A DNA stretch of 61,536 nucleotides, filler included. It is 4 parts of 4 records of this genome, joined end to end, with 100 filler letters (N's around TTAATTAATTAA, not from the genome) between each part and the next. Parts side by side here need not be neighbours in the genome. Positions count along the whole stretch, not along the records: positions 30,690 to 40,904 come from SRR20825019_453; positions 41,005 to 61,536 come from SRR20825019_460; 2 more parts are not named here. One strand, 5' to 3'. The translations under genes were made by a program, and so were the position numbers. Of this stretch, positions 35,311 through 44,961 are shown one piece after another; positions within the stretch are counted from its first letter, which is position 1; the number at the start of each line of letters is the position of its first letter. The notes beneath the pieces are model-generated. The model made no database searches. It saw only the letters and a list, made by a program, of their open reading frames with translations, and was not told the DNA's origin.

Positions 35311-36732
35311 GTGAAGACCGCTCTAACCGTAATCTACATTCTTACCTCCGTTTGGGCCATTGGAGCCATCATCTACCATGGCAGGAGGCCATCAAGATCC
35401 ATAAGTTGGGCGCTTGCCATTATTTTTCTTCCTTATTTGGGCGCGGCGCTCTATTATTTATTCGGTATGAACCGCCGAAAGTTCAAGTTTTTCAATACCA
35501 AAGAGTTCGACAAAAGAAATAAGTACACCCATCCCAAGATTTCCGCCCAAGAAAAATTCTTGACCCATTTTGATGATGATATCCGAAAAGAGCGGCTCAA
35601 TAGATTGATCGAGACCAATTCCGACAGCACTGCAAAAAAAGGGAACTCCATAACCGCGCTCCAAGATGGGGGCGAAACCTTCAATGTCCTATTCAAGGCG
35701 ATGGAGAAAGCAGAAAAGTTCATCCACGTTCAATATTATATTTTGGAAAGAGGCTACCTACTGGACAAAATGCTGGAGCTTTTTAAAAGAAAAATACGGG
35801 AAGGCGTAGAAGTTCGAATCATCTACGACTCCCTTGGAAGCTACAAACTACGTGGGCGGCCCAGGAAAGAGTTTGAGGACATCGGCGTAAAAATATATCC
35901 CATAATGCCGATACGGTTAACCAATTTATTGTTCTCCCTCAATTTTAGGAACCATCGAAAAATCGTCATCATCGATAACAAAATCGCTTTTACCGGTGGG
36001 GTAAATGTATCCGATAAATATATAAGTCGAAAAAATGAGCTGGGCAAATGGAAGGATATCCACCTAAAACTAGAAGGCCCCATTGTAAACGACCTACACC
36101 TTATTTTTCTGAAAGATTATTTTTTTGCGAGCAACAAGGAAGATTTTCATATCCCTGATTACCTTACCGAACAGCAAAAGGCCGGCGATGTGAACGCGCA
36201 ACTTGTTGCAGGTGGACCAGATTCGAAGCATCCCACTATAATGCAGCAGTACCTCGGCATGATGAACCAGGCCCAAAAGTCCATTTGTATAGCGAACCCC
36301 TACTTTGTTCCAGGGGAAGCCTTTTTGGAGAACATGAAAATAGTTGCCATGGAAGGTGTGGAAATTCGTTTGTTGGTCCCTAAAAAATCGGATTCAAAAG
36401 CCGCTAAATTTGCCATGCTCTCCCACTTTGAGGAATTATTGGAAGTAGGGATCAAAATTTATTTCCGGGACGACTTTTCCCATAGTAAGATCATGATCGT
36501 GGACGATGACCTAGTCTCCATCGGTTCTGGGAATTTTGACATCCGAAGTTTTGAGCTCAATTATGAGACGAACATCCTTATCTACAACAAGGAAATCACT
36601 ACAGAAATGATCGGCGAGTTCGAAAAACTATGTGAAAAAGCGGATTTGGTCACATTGGAACGCTATCAAAACAGAACAATCTGGCTAAGATTTCTTGAAG
36701 GTCTTTTCAAATTCTTCAAACCCGTCATCTAA
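35311..36732 (+). CDS. cls: Cardiolipin synthase
   Basis: Two N-terminal TM helices; two HKD motifs, NHRKIVIID and SHSKIMIVD. Confidence 0.92.
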   Translation: MKTALTVIYILTSVWAIGAIIYHGRRPSRSISWALAIIFLPYLGAALYYLFGMNRRKFKFFNTKEFDKRNKYTHPKISAQEKFLTHFDDDIRKERLNRLIETNSDSTAKKGNSITALQDGGETFNVLFKAMEKAEKFIHVQYYILERGYLLDKMLELFKRKIREGVEVRIIYDSLGSYKLRGRPRKEFEDIGVKIYPIMPIRLTNLLFSLNFRNHRKIVIIDNKIAFTGGVNVSDKYISRKNELGKWKDIHLKLEGPIVNDLHLIFLKDYFFASNKEDFHIPDYLTEQQKAGDVNAQLVAGGPDSKHPTIMQQYLGMMNQAQKSICIANPYFVPGEAFLENMKIVAMEGVEIRLLVPKKSDSKAAKFAMLSHFEELLEVGIKIYFRDDFSHSKIMIVDDDLVSIGSGNFDIRSFELNYETNILIYNKEITTEMIGEFEKLCEKADLVTLERYQNRTIWLRFLEGLFKFFKPVI

Positions 36733-36820
36733 TCTTCCTGCTTATTTGAATCAATGATTAATTTATTTGAGATAAGCAGATTCTGGGGCAGAATTACCTT
36801 TGTGTCAAAATAAAACTATC

Positions 36821-37285
36821 ATGAAAAACGCAATTTTATTTCTATTTTTAATCGGAACAACAGCACTTAGTGCCCAAAGTATATCCAAGAACGCATTGGG
36901 TATAAGAGTTGGTGACAATGACGGTTTTGGAGGGGAAATCTCCTATCAGCGTTATTTGCACGAGAACAACAGATTGGAGTTCGACCTTGGCTGGAGAGAT
37001 TCCGATAATGTAGAAGCCTTTAAACTGGTAGGTCTTTATCAGTGGGTAATGCCCATAGATGGAGGATTCCATTGGTACGTAGGTGCCGGTGGTGGTGTTG
37101 GGTCTTTTGATGCAGGTGAAAACGATGGTGCATTTGCCCTGATTGCCGGTGATATAGGTATTGAATACGATTTTGATATTCCATTATTGATTTCGTTGGA
37201 TATGAGACCGGAAATTGGTTTCAACGATGATTACTCGGACGACCTTGACCTGGATATCGCCTTAGGGCTTAGATACCAGTTTTAG
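36821..37285 (+). CDS. Outer-membrane beta-barrel protein
   Basis: Signal peptide, alternating beta strands, C-terminal LGLRYQF; Bacteroidota -7 promoter element TACCTTTG at 36795. Confidence 0.8.
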   Translation: MKNAILFLFLIGTTALSAQSISKNALGIRVGDNDGFGGEISYQRYLHENNRLEFDLGWRDSDNVEAFKLVGLYQWVMPIDGGFHWYVGAGGGVGSFDAGENDGAFALIAGDIGIEYDFDIPLLISLDMRPEIGFNDDYSDDLDLDIALGLRYQF

Positions 37286-37304
37286 AAAAACAAATAATCA
37301 CATT

Positions 37305-37336
37305 AAAAAGGGCAAATTGTAATTTGCCCTTTTTTT
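37305..37336 (+). terminator. Intrinsic terminator
   Basis: AAAAAGGGCAAATT-GT-AATTTGCCCTTTTTTT. Confidence 0.8.
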
Positions 37337-37348
37337 AACCCATAAATT

Positions 37349-37978
37349 TTGAAAAGAAAACTAAAACTACTTTTACTACTACCCTTATCGGTATTTTTAG
37401 TTATCATTATTTTGAAGAAACCCAAGAACAGCATACCGGAAAGCATTGAGCAGGAGGCGAGAATCGCCTTGGGCTACTTTCCTGAACTCAAGGGCATCCC
37501 TATTGAATTCAAGTTTAAAAGGAACATCAAAAAATCGGTGATGCAGGCCCAACCTACATGGAGCGGACTGCTAAAACCAAAGAACAAGCGCAGCTATGTG
37601 ATCTTGATCAGTGAACAGTTCAAGATATCCGGTGAAGAATTCAAGACCGTGGATGTACCAAAAGATGTTCTCATCGGATGGCTCGGTCACGAACTTGGGC
37701 ATGTTATGGACTACCAACAACGAGGCAACCTCAATCTTATAGGTTTTGGCATTCGATATGTGCTATTGAAGGAGTTTGTCAAAAAAGCAGAACGTGCCGC
37801 GGACTCCTTTGCCGTATCCAGGGGAATGTCCGAATACATTCTAAAAACAAAGCGGTTTATCCTCGACAACTCAGAAATAGACGAGGCCTACAAGACACGC
37901 ATCAAACAATATTACCTTTCTCCGGATGAGATTATGGAAATGGTAAAAGAACTGGACTCCATAGAAGGAAATGGTTAA
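37349..37978 (+). CDS. Membrane-anchored HExxH putative metallopeptidase
   Basis: WLGHELGHVMDY and a downstream ERAAD. Confidence 0.7.
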   Translation: MKRKLKLLLLLPLSVFLVIIILKKPKNSIPESIEQEARIALGYFPELKGIPIEFKFKRNIKKSVMQAQPTWSGLLKPKNKRSYVILISEQFKISGEEFKTVDVPKDVLIGWLGHELGHVMDYQQRGNLNLIGFGIRYVLLKEFVKKAERAADSFAVSRGMSEYILKTKRFILDNSEIDEAYKTRIKQYYLSPDEIMEMVKELDSIEGNG

Positions 37979-39498
37979 GCTTTTTGGGATACAAAATCCT
38001 CCCACTCCTTAAAACGTTCCTCTCCCATTACACGCTCCATTTTCACTTGGCCTCCCTTTTTCTTGTTGGCACCGCTCCATTCCGCAAACATTTTCTGGGG
38101 CACAAAGTGGATCTTTACGCCTTCCAAAGCTTTGCTACGTGCCACTTTATAGTTTTTATTGGCTTCCTTTAAGTATTTGTCCAAAACATCTGCCGTTTTC
38201 TCTTCGTCCAATTTGCTATCGGAACCCAAATACCATGTGTGGTAAAATCCATCATCAAAACGTTTGGCGCATAGCGTGTATTCCGGCACCTTAATATCGA
38301 GTTCATCTTCCAAATGCTTCACTGCATCGTTAAGTTTGTTGACGGAAAGCTGGGAACCAACAGTGTTCAAAAAGAATTTGGTGCGACCTGTAATCTTGAT
38401 CTCGGCCCGTTCCACATCGGTAAACGCAATGGTGTCTCCGATTATGTAGCGCCAAGCACCTGAAACCGTTGAAATAATCAGGACATAATCCACATCTTCC
38501 TCGACCTCATCCAAAGTAATTGAAGGAGCATCATCCGTCAATGAACCATCTTGGTTAACATATTTGGGTTCGAAGGGAACAAACTCAAAATAGATTCCAT
38601 TGTCCGTAATCAATTTCATGGAAGAGGTTTCCGGTCTGTTCTGGCAGGCAAAAAATCCTTCCGAAGCCAAATAAGTATCAATAATTTGAATCGGGTGGTC
38701 CAACAACGCATTGAAACTTTTTTCATAAGGATCAAAAGCAACTCCTCCCGAAGTGTATGCCCGTAGATTGGGCCATATTTGATGGATATTGTCTACATTG
38801 TGATAATCGATTACCTTTTTGAGCATAAGCTCCATCCAAGATGGTATTCCGCTCAAGGCTCCAATATCCCAGTTTTTGGCATTTTTAGCTATGGTGAGCA
38901 CCCTTTCGTCCCAATCGTCAATTTGGGCAATTTGCTCGCCGGGCTTATAATATTTTTTGAACCAAAAGGGTATGTTGCTGGCACTGATACCACTGATTTC
39001 CCCTTCCTTTTTGCCATCTCGTTCCTGTAAGTTGGTGGAACTTCCCAACATCATGATCTCCTTCTCGAAAAAGTCCGCGGGCATATCAAAATTACTCATC
39101 GCATAAACTTGATGCCTTCCTGCTCGGGTTATGGAATCGATCATATCTTCAGTTACGGGAATCCTTTTGGATTTCTTGCCCGTGGTTCCAGATGATAACG
39201 CAAAAAAGTCAGGGCTTCCAGGCCAAGTAACATCAGGTTCACCATCAATGGTCTTGCTCCACCACTCTTCGGTGATTTTTTTATAATCGTGATAAGGTAT
39301 GGTTTCGGCAAATGCTTTCTGGATATTATCCGACTTTAAAATAGCCGAAAAATCATATTGCTTGCCAAATTGGGTATCCTTGGCTTTGCCCAATAATTCT
39401 TTGAGCACTTCCTTCTGTTCTTCAACAGGGTTGGGTTCTCCGCTCAGGGCTTCTTTTGCCTCGATAACCCCCTTTATAATGTTTCCAATGATAGCCAT
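37975..39498 (-). CDS. GH3 auxin-responsive family (acyl-adenylating) protein
   Basis: SSGTTGKKSKRIP, YLASEGF, WRYIIGD, GGQVKMER. Confidence 0.9.
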   Translation of the reverse strand: MAIIGNIIKGVIEAKEALSGEPNPVEEQKEVLKELLGKAKDTQFGKQYDFSAILKSDNIQKAFAETIPYHDYKKITEEWWSKTIDGEPDVTWPGSPDFFALSSGTTGKKSKRIPVTEDMIDSITRAGRHQVYAMSNFDMPADFFEKEIMMLGSSTNLQERDGKKEGEISGISASNIPFWFKKYYKPGEQIAQIDDWDERVLTIAKNAKNWDIGALSGIPSWMELMLKKVIDYHNVDNIHQIWPNLRAYTSGGVAFDPYEKSFNALLDHPIQIIDTYLASEGFFACQNRPETSSMKLITDNGIYFEFVPFEPKYVNQDGSLTDDAPSITLDEVEEDVDYVLIISTVSGAWRYIIGDTIAFTDVERAEIKITGRTKFFLNTVGSQLSVNKLNDAVKHLEDELDIKVPEYTLCAKRFDDGFYHTWYLGSDSKLDEEKTADVLDKYLKEANKNYKVARSKALEGVKIHFVPQKMFAEWSGANKKKGGQVKMERVMGEERFKEWEDFVSQKA

Positions 39499-39582
39499 AT
39501 CGAGTAATTTTAATGCTATAAAATTACCCATATTCGTCAGGTAGAGTTTACTCAATCCATTTTTTGATCAACTTAAATGATC

Positions 39583-39879
39583 TTAAAAAGTAAGAGCAGC
39601 AAAAACAGGTGAAGAAGTCTTGGAAATTTTATAGGAAACCGGCTGTTCCAACTTGTTGGCTATTTTGGAATAAAGAGGTTCAGGTGTATCTCCATGCACC
39701 GAGACATTGCCGTTGGATGCATCTATCTCTATTGCCACCAAAGAAAGGTAAGGCATAAGGTGTTCTGCCTCTTTTATTACTATCTTTACCACCTGAAGCC
39801 GCACGGCATACTCTAAATCCACTTCTTGTTTATGGTCTAAAGCAGTCTTTCCCGTTAAGTTTTTCCAGATGATTTCCAA
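39583..39879 (-). CDS. Hypothetical protein
   Basis: 98-aa ORF with plausible composition. Confidence 0.55.
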   Translation of the reverse strand: MEIIWKNLTGKTALDHKQEVDLEYAVRLQVVKIVIKEAEHLMPYLSLVAIEIDASNGNVSVHGDTPEPLYSKIANKLEQPVSYKISKTSSPVFAALTF

Positions 39880-40175
39880 GTCAAAAATTTTTGAAGCAAA
39901 AATACTTCAAATAACGATAAATTTGCAATTAAGTTACGTTAATTTAACATTAGTATTGATTTGGACTTGTTGTTTCCAGCAAATTGTTCAAGAAAAAAGT
40001 TACACAGAATCAATTGCTTAACACTTCTTTTGCTATCCTATTTAGATTTTTTCAACACTTCACCAATAGACTTCTTAATGTTTTCATAAATATGAAAATC
40101 AAATCGTTCCATAGGCAAAAAATATCAAACTAACTCTTATATTTAGCCGATTGCGAATAATTTTAAAAACAAAAA

Positions 40176-40403
40176 ATGACCCACGAGTTACTACAAAAGG
40201 CGGAAGAGTTTGAAAAAAGGCCCATGAGCCACATGTCCACCAGCGATAGGGTTAAGGCCTCAAGAGAAGCAAAGAGCTTGATTCTTTCGATCAACGAGAT
40301 TTATAAAAAGACCAAGGATTCCAAATTAATGGAAACCATGAAGAACATTACTGCTAAAAAGCGTAAAATAGAAAAACGGCTCAAAGGTTCGCCTTTGGCC
40401 TAA
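40176..40403 (+). CDS. Small basic helical hypothetical protein
   Basis: 75-aa ORF with an A-rich Bacteroidota-type start context. Confidence 0.7.
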   Translation: MTHELLQKAEEFEKRPMSHMSTSDRVKASREAKSLILSINEIYKKTKDSKLMETMKNITAKKRKIEKRLKGSPLA

Positions 40404-40699
40404 GATTTCTATCAAACACTAACTTTTATGGAAGGATATCGTCATTCCTAAGTGTCGACATCCTTCCATAATTGTTTATACCCCTCACCCATCAAATCAT
40501 AACATATTGTTTTTCAGTATTTAAAGATTTAAAAAGACCTTCTCTTTTCCATTTTAGGTCTGTTTTCCCATTTACGTAACTTTTAGAACCAATTATGTCC
40601 AATTTACTGCAACCAATAAAAATCTGGATTGCGCACGGGTCTGTTTTGAATAATTTAGGGCTGAAGTTTTAACCCAACTAAATAACAAACACCAAAAAA

Positions 40700-40801
40700 A
40701 TGAACACTGTAGAAGCAAAACTAGGTTACCTCTTTTGGTACGCTGTAATTGCACTATCCGTTTACTCCCTTTTCAGTAGCATTTACCTTTACATTAATTA
40801 A
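40700..40801 (+). CDS. 33-aa single-TM small protein, not in the ORF track
   Basis: MNTVEAKLGYLFWYAVIALSVYSLFSSIYLYIN; A-rich start context. Confidence 0.55.
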   Translation: MNTVEAKLGYLFWYAVIALSVYSLFSSIYLYIN

Positions 40802-40904
40802 ACTATACTAAACACTACCACATCAATCAATTTCACCTATAGTTAAGAATGTGTTCTCACGGGGCTCCTGATCAGGCAGTCATGGTCGGAAGATTATTCT
40901 TCCG

Positions 40905-41004
40905 NNNNNNNNNNNNNNNNNNNNNNNNNNNNNNNNNNNNNNNNNNNNTTAATTAATTAANNNNNNNNNNNNNNNNNNNNNNNNNNNNNNNNNNNNNNNN
41001 NNNN
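40905..41004. other. Artificial contig spacer
   Basis: N44-TTAATTAATTAA-N44. Confidence 0.98.
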
Positions 41005-41630
41005 CTGTTGCTCCAGATCAAAAACTCATTCCAATTTCTGGGGCTACGCGGCAATAAGTCCTCCCCCTGTTGACCTGCTCGAGTATAGAAAAGTTTCTGA
41101 TCAGTAACCTCATAGACTATTGAGCCTCTCAGGGTATATCTGCGATAGACCTTGCCCTCTCGTTTCTTAGCGGAGTTGAGCGCTTCGGCATAAAAGTCGC
41201 GGTTCGGGAAGCCTTTTCCCGAACGCACTTCAATTCTTTTCCCACTCGCATCGCCGGATACCACCAGGCCCAATTTGCTGGGACGCAAATCATCAAAGCG
41301 TTTTAACAAGTCGGGATATTTGACCAGATTCTGGCGCTTAATTTGGTGCGGTTTACCATCCAAGTTAATTTCATACTGCCCGGTAGTTTCCCACTTGATC
41401 CCGTAAAACTCGACCGCCTGACCCAAGAGGGTCCACCATTGAATAGACAGCGTATAGTTCTTCATCAAACCGGCGCGATCTTCTACATAAGCACCACTGT
41501 CAACTTTGCCCATGAAACGCCCCTCCTTATTTTTGACCACATCCTGTTGGGCGACGAGGGACGAAGACCCTCCGATAAAGAAAATAATCAGGAGGAAGAG
41601 ATGTGCTTTTCTTATGTCAGAATATTTCAT
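41005..41630 (-). CDS. Secreted hypothetical protein, 3' truncated
   Basis: Signal peptide-like N-terminus; open to the contig end. Confidence 0.65.
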
Positions 41631-41828
41631 CCGGTTGGCGCAGATACGCTTCTCGGGTTAGGGGGTTGGACTGAGCAGAGCAGACAATCCGGCGGTTGGC
41701 CAGATCACATCGAGTTTAAAAGTGACGTAAGCCTGGCGCTCAACTTTAGTCCATTTCGGCAATTCACTTCTGAGAAGGATCCCCAAAATACATACCGCCT
41801 TTATCGTTACCCCAAAATCTCAAAGAAA

Positions 41829-43025
41829 ATGAGCCCCAATCTTTTTCAACGATCCACAGTTTCACTGCTTGTGATCGGCATGAGCCTATTTTTCTCGGCA
41901 TGCAGTAAAAGGGAGCCATGGGAAAAGAACATCGGTGGCGAAGGACCGGACGAGCTAGTGGCGGGAGCACCTATTAGTGAGGACTCAGGGTATATGCTAG
42001 TGGGGGCAACCGGTTCAGGAAGCGTGGGTTCATATGATGGATGGGTTGTCCGGATTGATCGTTCAGGTTCAGTTCTCTGGGAGAAACAATTGGGAGGCTC
42101 AGAATATGATCGCTTCAACGACATCTGCAGAACTCCTGACGGCGATTACATCCTGGTTGGCCAAACCTCAACGGACTCAAATGGTAAAAACGATTTCTGG
42201 GCGATTCGAATGGCTCAGACCGGTGAGATCATTTGGGAAAAGCGGTATGGAGGATCCACTTCAGAAGGTGCCCACAGCGTCATACCATTGGATACTGGCG
42301 GATTCCTCATTGGAGGCTATGCCGTGCGTTCCGGGCAATACCTTAATGATGGGCGTTTGATCAAAATAAGCGAAACCGGTGAGCTTGAGTGGCAGAAAGA
42401 CTTTGGAGGCGAAAGCACAGATGTCATCCATAAGCTTGTTCGCGGACCAAACGGCGGCGCGCTCATGGCAGGGAAGACAGGGTCGGATAGCGCGGGTGGT
42501 TACGACTGTTGGGTGCTCGCGGTAGATCAAGAAGGGAATCTACTCTGGGAGCGGAAGTTTGGCGGCGAGCGCGATGACGAAGCCCGATCCATCGTATCGA
42601 ACGAATCAGGCAATTTCATTATCGCTGGCTACAGCGAGTCATACGGCAAGCCTCGCGACAAAGGGAAGCAATCCTGGCTGATAGAGATCGACGCCCAAGG
42701 CAATCGGCTGCGTGAGTCACTAATCGCGCAAAAGGATACCAGAGAAATTAACGAGATCACGGAGATAGCCCAAACCTCATCCGGAGATTATATTCTTTCG
42801 GCCACCAAATGGTCGCCGGACAAAAAGGCCTTTGTCGCTTGGTTACTTAAAATCGATAAGGAATTCGCGATTCTTAAATCCAAATCCTTCGGAACGGAAG
42901 GGATAAACACACTCGGAGGAGGTGTCACCATACCCAAGGCAGGCAACATGAGACTATTCTGGGGAATGACCGAGTCCTACGCCGCCGGCCCTAGAGACGG
43001 ATGGATTGTTTCAACAGAGTTGTAG
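41829..43025 (+). CDS. Beta-propeller repeat lipoprotein
   Basis: Lipobox FFSAC; about seven repeats of W-x-K-x-[FY]GG..D with D-x-W-hydrophobic..D-x-x-G. Confidence 0.8.
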   Translation: MSPNLFQRSTVSLLVIGMSLFFSACSKREPWEKNIGGEGPDELVAGAPISEDSGYMLVGATGSGSVGSYDGWVVRIDRSGSVLWEKQLGGSEYDRFNDICRTPDGDYILVGQTSTDSNGKNDFWAIRMAQTGEIIWEKRYGGSTSEGAHSVIPLDTGGFLIGGYAVRSGQYLNDGRLIKISETGELEWQKDFGGESTDVIHKLVRGPNGGALMAGKTGSDSAGGYDCWVLAVDQEGNLLWERKFGGERDDEARSIVSNESGNFIIAGYSESYGKPRDKGKQSWLIEIDAQGNRLRESLIAQKDTREINEITEIAQTSSGDYILSATKWSPDKKAFVAWLLKIDKEFAILKSKSFGTEGINTLGGGVTIPKAGNMRLFWGMTESYAAGPRDGWIVSTEL

Positions 43026-43223
43026 TCGATTTCAGCACCCTCGAGATAAAGACCGGCAGGTTCCCAAATCATATCTGCACACGGCAGATTCATTTCTTCG
43101 GCAGATTGGCGAGTCAGGTATCACGGTCTGGACATAACCTCAACCTCTCCCTACTTGACCTCTCCCACGTGCATTTCCTAGTGTGTTCGCTCCACACTTT
43201 AAACAGGTCAATCGAACACACTC

Positions 43224-43781
43224 ATGCCATCAGCAAACGATATTCGCAAAGGTCAGGTCCTTAAGTTTCACGGGGAGCCTTGTCTCGTCATGGACATGCA
43301 ACACCGCACTCCCGGCAATCTGCGGGCCTTCGTGCAGGTGAAAATGCGCAACCTCCGTCACGGCAAAGCTCTCGATCAACGTTTCTCCTCAACCGAGTCC
43401 GTCGATATCCTGCAAACGGATCGAAAGAATCTCGAGTTCAGCTACGAAGATCGCGGCACGTTCGCGTTCATCGACCCGGAAACTTACGACCAGCTCGAAT
43501 TGGCGGAAGATAAGATCGGCGATCTCAAGAACTACCTCGCGACCGGTTGTAAGGTGGAGATGCTCTTCGTCGATGGGCAGCCCCTGAGCATTGATCTCCC
43601 TTCTTCCGTGACGCTCAAAGTCACCGAGAGCGCCGATGGCCTCAAGGGCGACACCGCGAGCAACGTGCAGAAGCCCGCCACGCTCGAAACCGGGATGGTC
43701 GTGCAGGTGCCCCTCTTCATCAAGGAAGGCGAGCTGATCAAAGTCAGCACCTCGAACGGCAGCTACGAAGGTCGCGCCTAG
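43224..43781 (+). CDS. efp: Elongation factor P
   Basis: HRTPGNLRAFVQ, LKGDTASNVQKPATLETG, VPLFIKEGE. Confidence 0.95.
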   Translation: MPSANDIRKGQVLKFHGEPCLVMDMQHRTPGNLRAFVQVKMRNLRHGKALDQRFSSTESVDILQTDRKNLEFSYEDRGTFAFIDPETYDQLELAEDKIGDLKNYLATGCKVEMLFVDGQPLSIDLPSSVTLKVTESADGLKGDTASNVQKPATLETGMVVQVPLFIKEGELIKVSTSNGSYEGRA

Positions 43782-43826
43782 GCGTCACACGACGCGAGCC
43801 GGCTAAACCGGACTCGCTTCACTTTT

Positions 43827-43856
43827 AAAATCCGCAGCACATGCTGCGGATTTTTT
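43827..43856. terminator. Bidirectional terminator between efp and can
   Basis: AAAATCCGCAGCA-CA-TGCTGCGGATTTT. Confidence 0.8.
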
Positions 43857-44502
43857 ATGCGCGCAAAGCAGCGACGGCTTCTTCGTAAACCGAATTCACT
43901 TCCTCAGCTGATTTGACCGACATCTTCAGGTCCTGCAGATGCCCGTCTTCCAAACCATAAACCCACCCGTGCACGGACAGATCCTGCCCCCGCGACCAGG
44001 CATCCTGAACGATCGTGGTAGCGCACACATTGGCCGCCTGTTCGACGACATTGAGTTCACACAATTTCGCAATGCGTTGTCCCTCATCCGGCAAACCGCA
44101 AAGGCACTGCGAGTGCTTGGTTTTCACATCCTGCACATGCCGCAGCCAATTGTCGACGAGTCCCACCCGTTGACATTTTAGAGCCGCCGTCACACCGCCG
44201 CAGCCGTAGTGGCCTACCACCATGATGTGCTTCACCTTGAGCACATCGACCGCGTATTGCATAACGGAAAGACAGTTCAAATCCGTATGCACCACCATGT
44301 TCGCGATATTGCGGTGCACGAAAACCTCGCCGGGCAACAACCCGATAATCTGATTGGCCGGCACGCGACTGTCCGAACAGCCGATCCAGAGGTATTCCGG
44401 GTTCTGCTGCTGCGCCAGCTTCGAGAAGAACTCAGGGTTCTTTTCCCTCACGCCTTTCGCCCAGGAACGGTTCGAATCAAACAGGTGGCTCAGGTATTTC
44501 AT
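43855..44502 (-). CDS. can: Beta-class carbonic anhydrase
   Basis: WIGCSDSRVP, FVHRNIAN, GHYGCGG. Confidence 0.95.
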   Translation of the reverse strand: MKYLSHLFDSNRSWAKGVREKNPEFFSKLAQQQNPEYLWIGCSDSRVPANQIIGLLPGEVFVHRNIANMVVHTDLNCLSVMQYAVDVLKVKHIMVVGHYGCGGVTAALKCQRVGLVDNWLRHVQDVKTKHSQCLCGLPDEGQRIAKLCELNVVEQAANVCATTIVQDAWSRGQDLSVHGWVYGLEDGHLQDLKMSVKSAEEVNSVYEEAVAALRA

Positions 44503-44621
44503 GAACTGCCCATGCTTGGACCTCCGCACCACTTGTCCATCCAGAATCCAACCTATTCACCCGGTGTAACCGCGATGCAGATTCCTGTTGTGACTCAATT
44601 TTAAGTCTCCACTCTGAAGGC

Positions 44622-44858
44622 ATGTCTACCCCACATGTTGCCCAAAAATCTCCTCTCGTTAAAAAGATGCCTCCGGGCACCTATTGGTGGTGCGCCTGTG
44701 GCCTCTCGAAGGACCAACCCATGTGCGACGGATCACACAAAGGCACGGGATTGGCCCCGAAGAAGGTCGAGCTGACCGAAGAGCAGACGGTCGCGTGGTG
44801 TGGTTGCAAACACTCCGCGAATGGCGCGTTTTGCGACGGATCGCATCAGGGACTTTGA
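44622..44858 (+). CDS. CDGSH iron-sulfur protein with two motifs (CISD3/MiNT-like)
   Basis: WCACGLSKDQPMCDGSH and WCGCKHSANGAFCDGSH. Confidence 0.92.
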   Translation: MSTPHVAQKSPLVKKMPPGTYWWCACGLSKDQPMCDGSHKGTGLAPKKVELTEEQTVAWCGCKHSANGAFCDGSHQGL

Positions 44859-44961
44859 GGAACTTGGCCTTCACCTTCCGGCGCGGAAAATAAATTTCCC
44901 CGCGAATTTAATTTTCCAAGATTGCACCCATATTGCGCCAGTCTAGGCATTTTAGCCCAGC

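Noticed and set aside
41343..41828. N-terminal extension of the 560-aa ORF
   Set aside because: It overlaps the opposite-strand gene; the lipoprotein signal begins at ATG 41829.
44923..44938. Sigma-54 promoter TTGCAC-N5-TTGC
   Set aside because: It lacks the invariant GG at -24.
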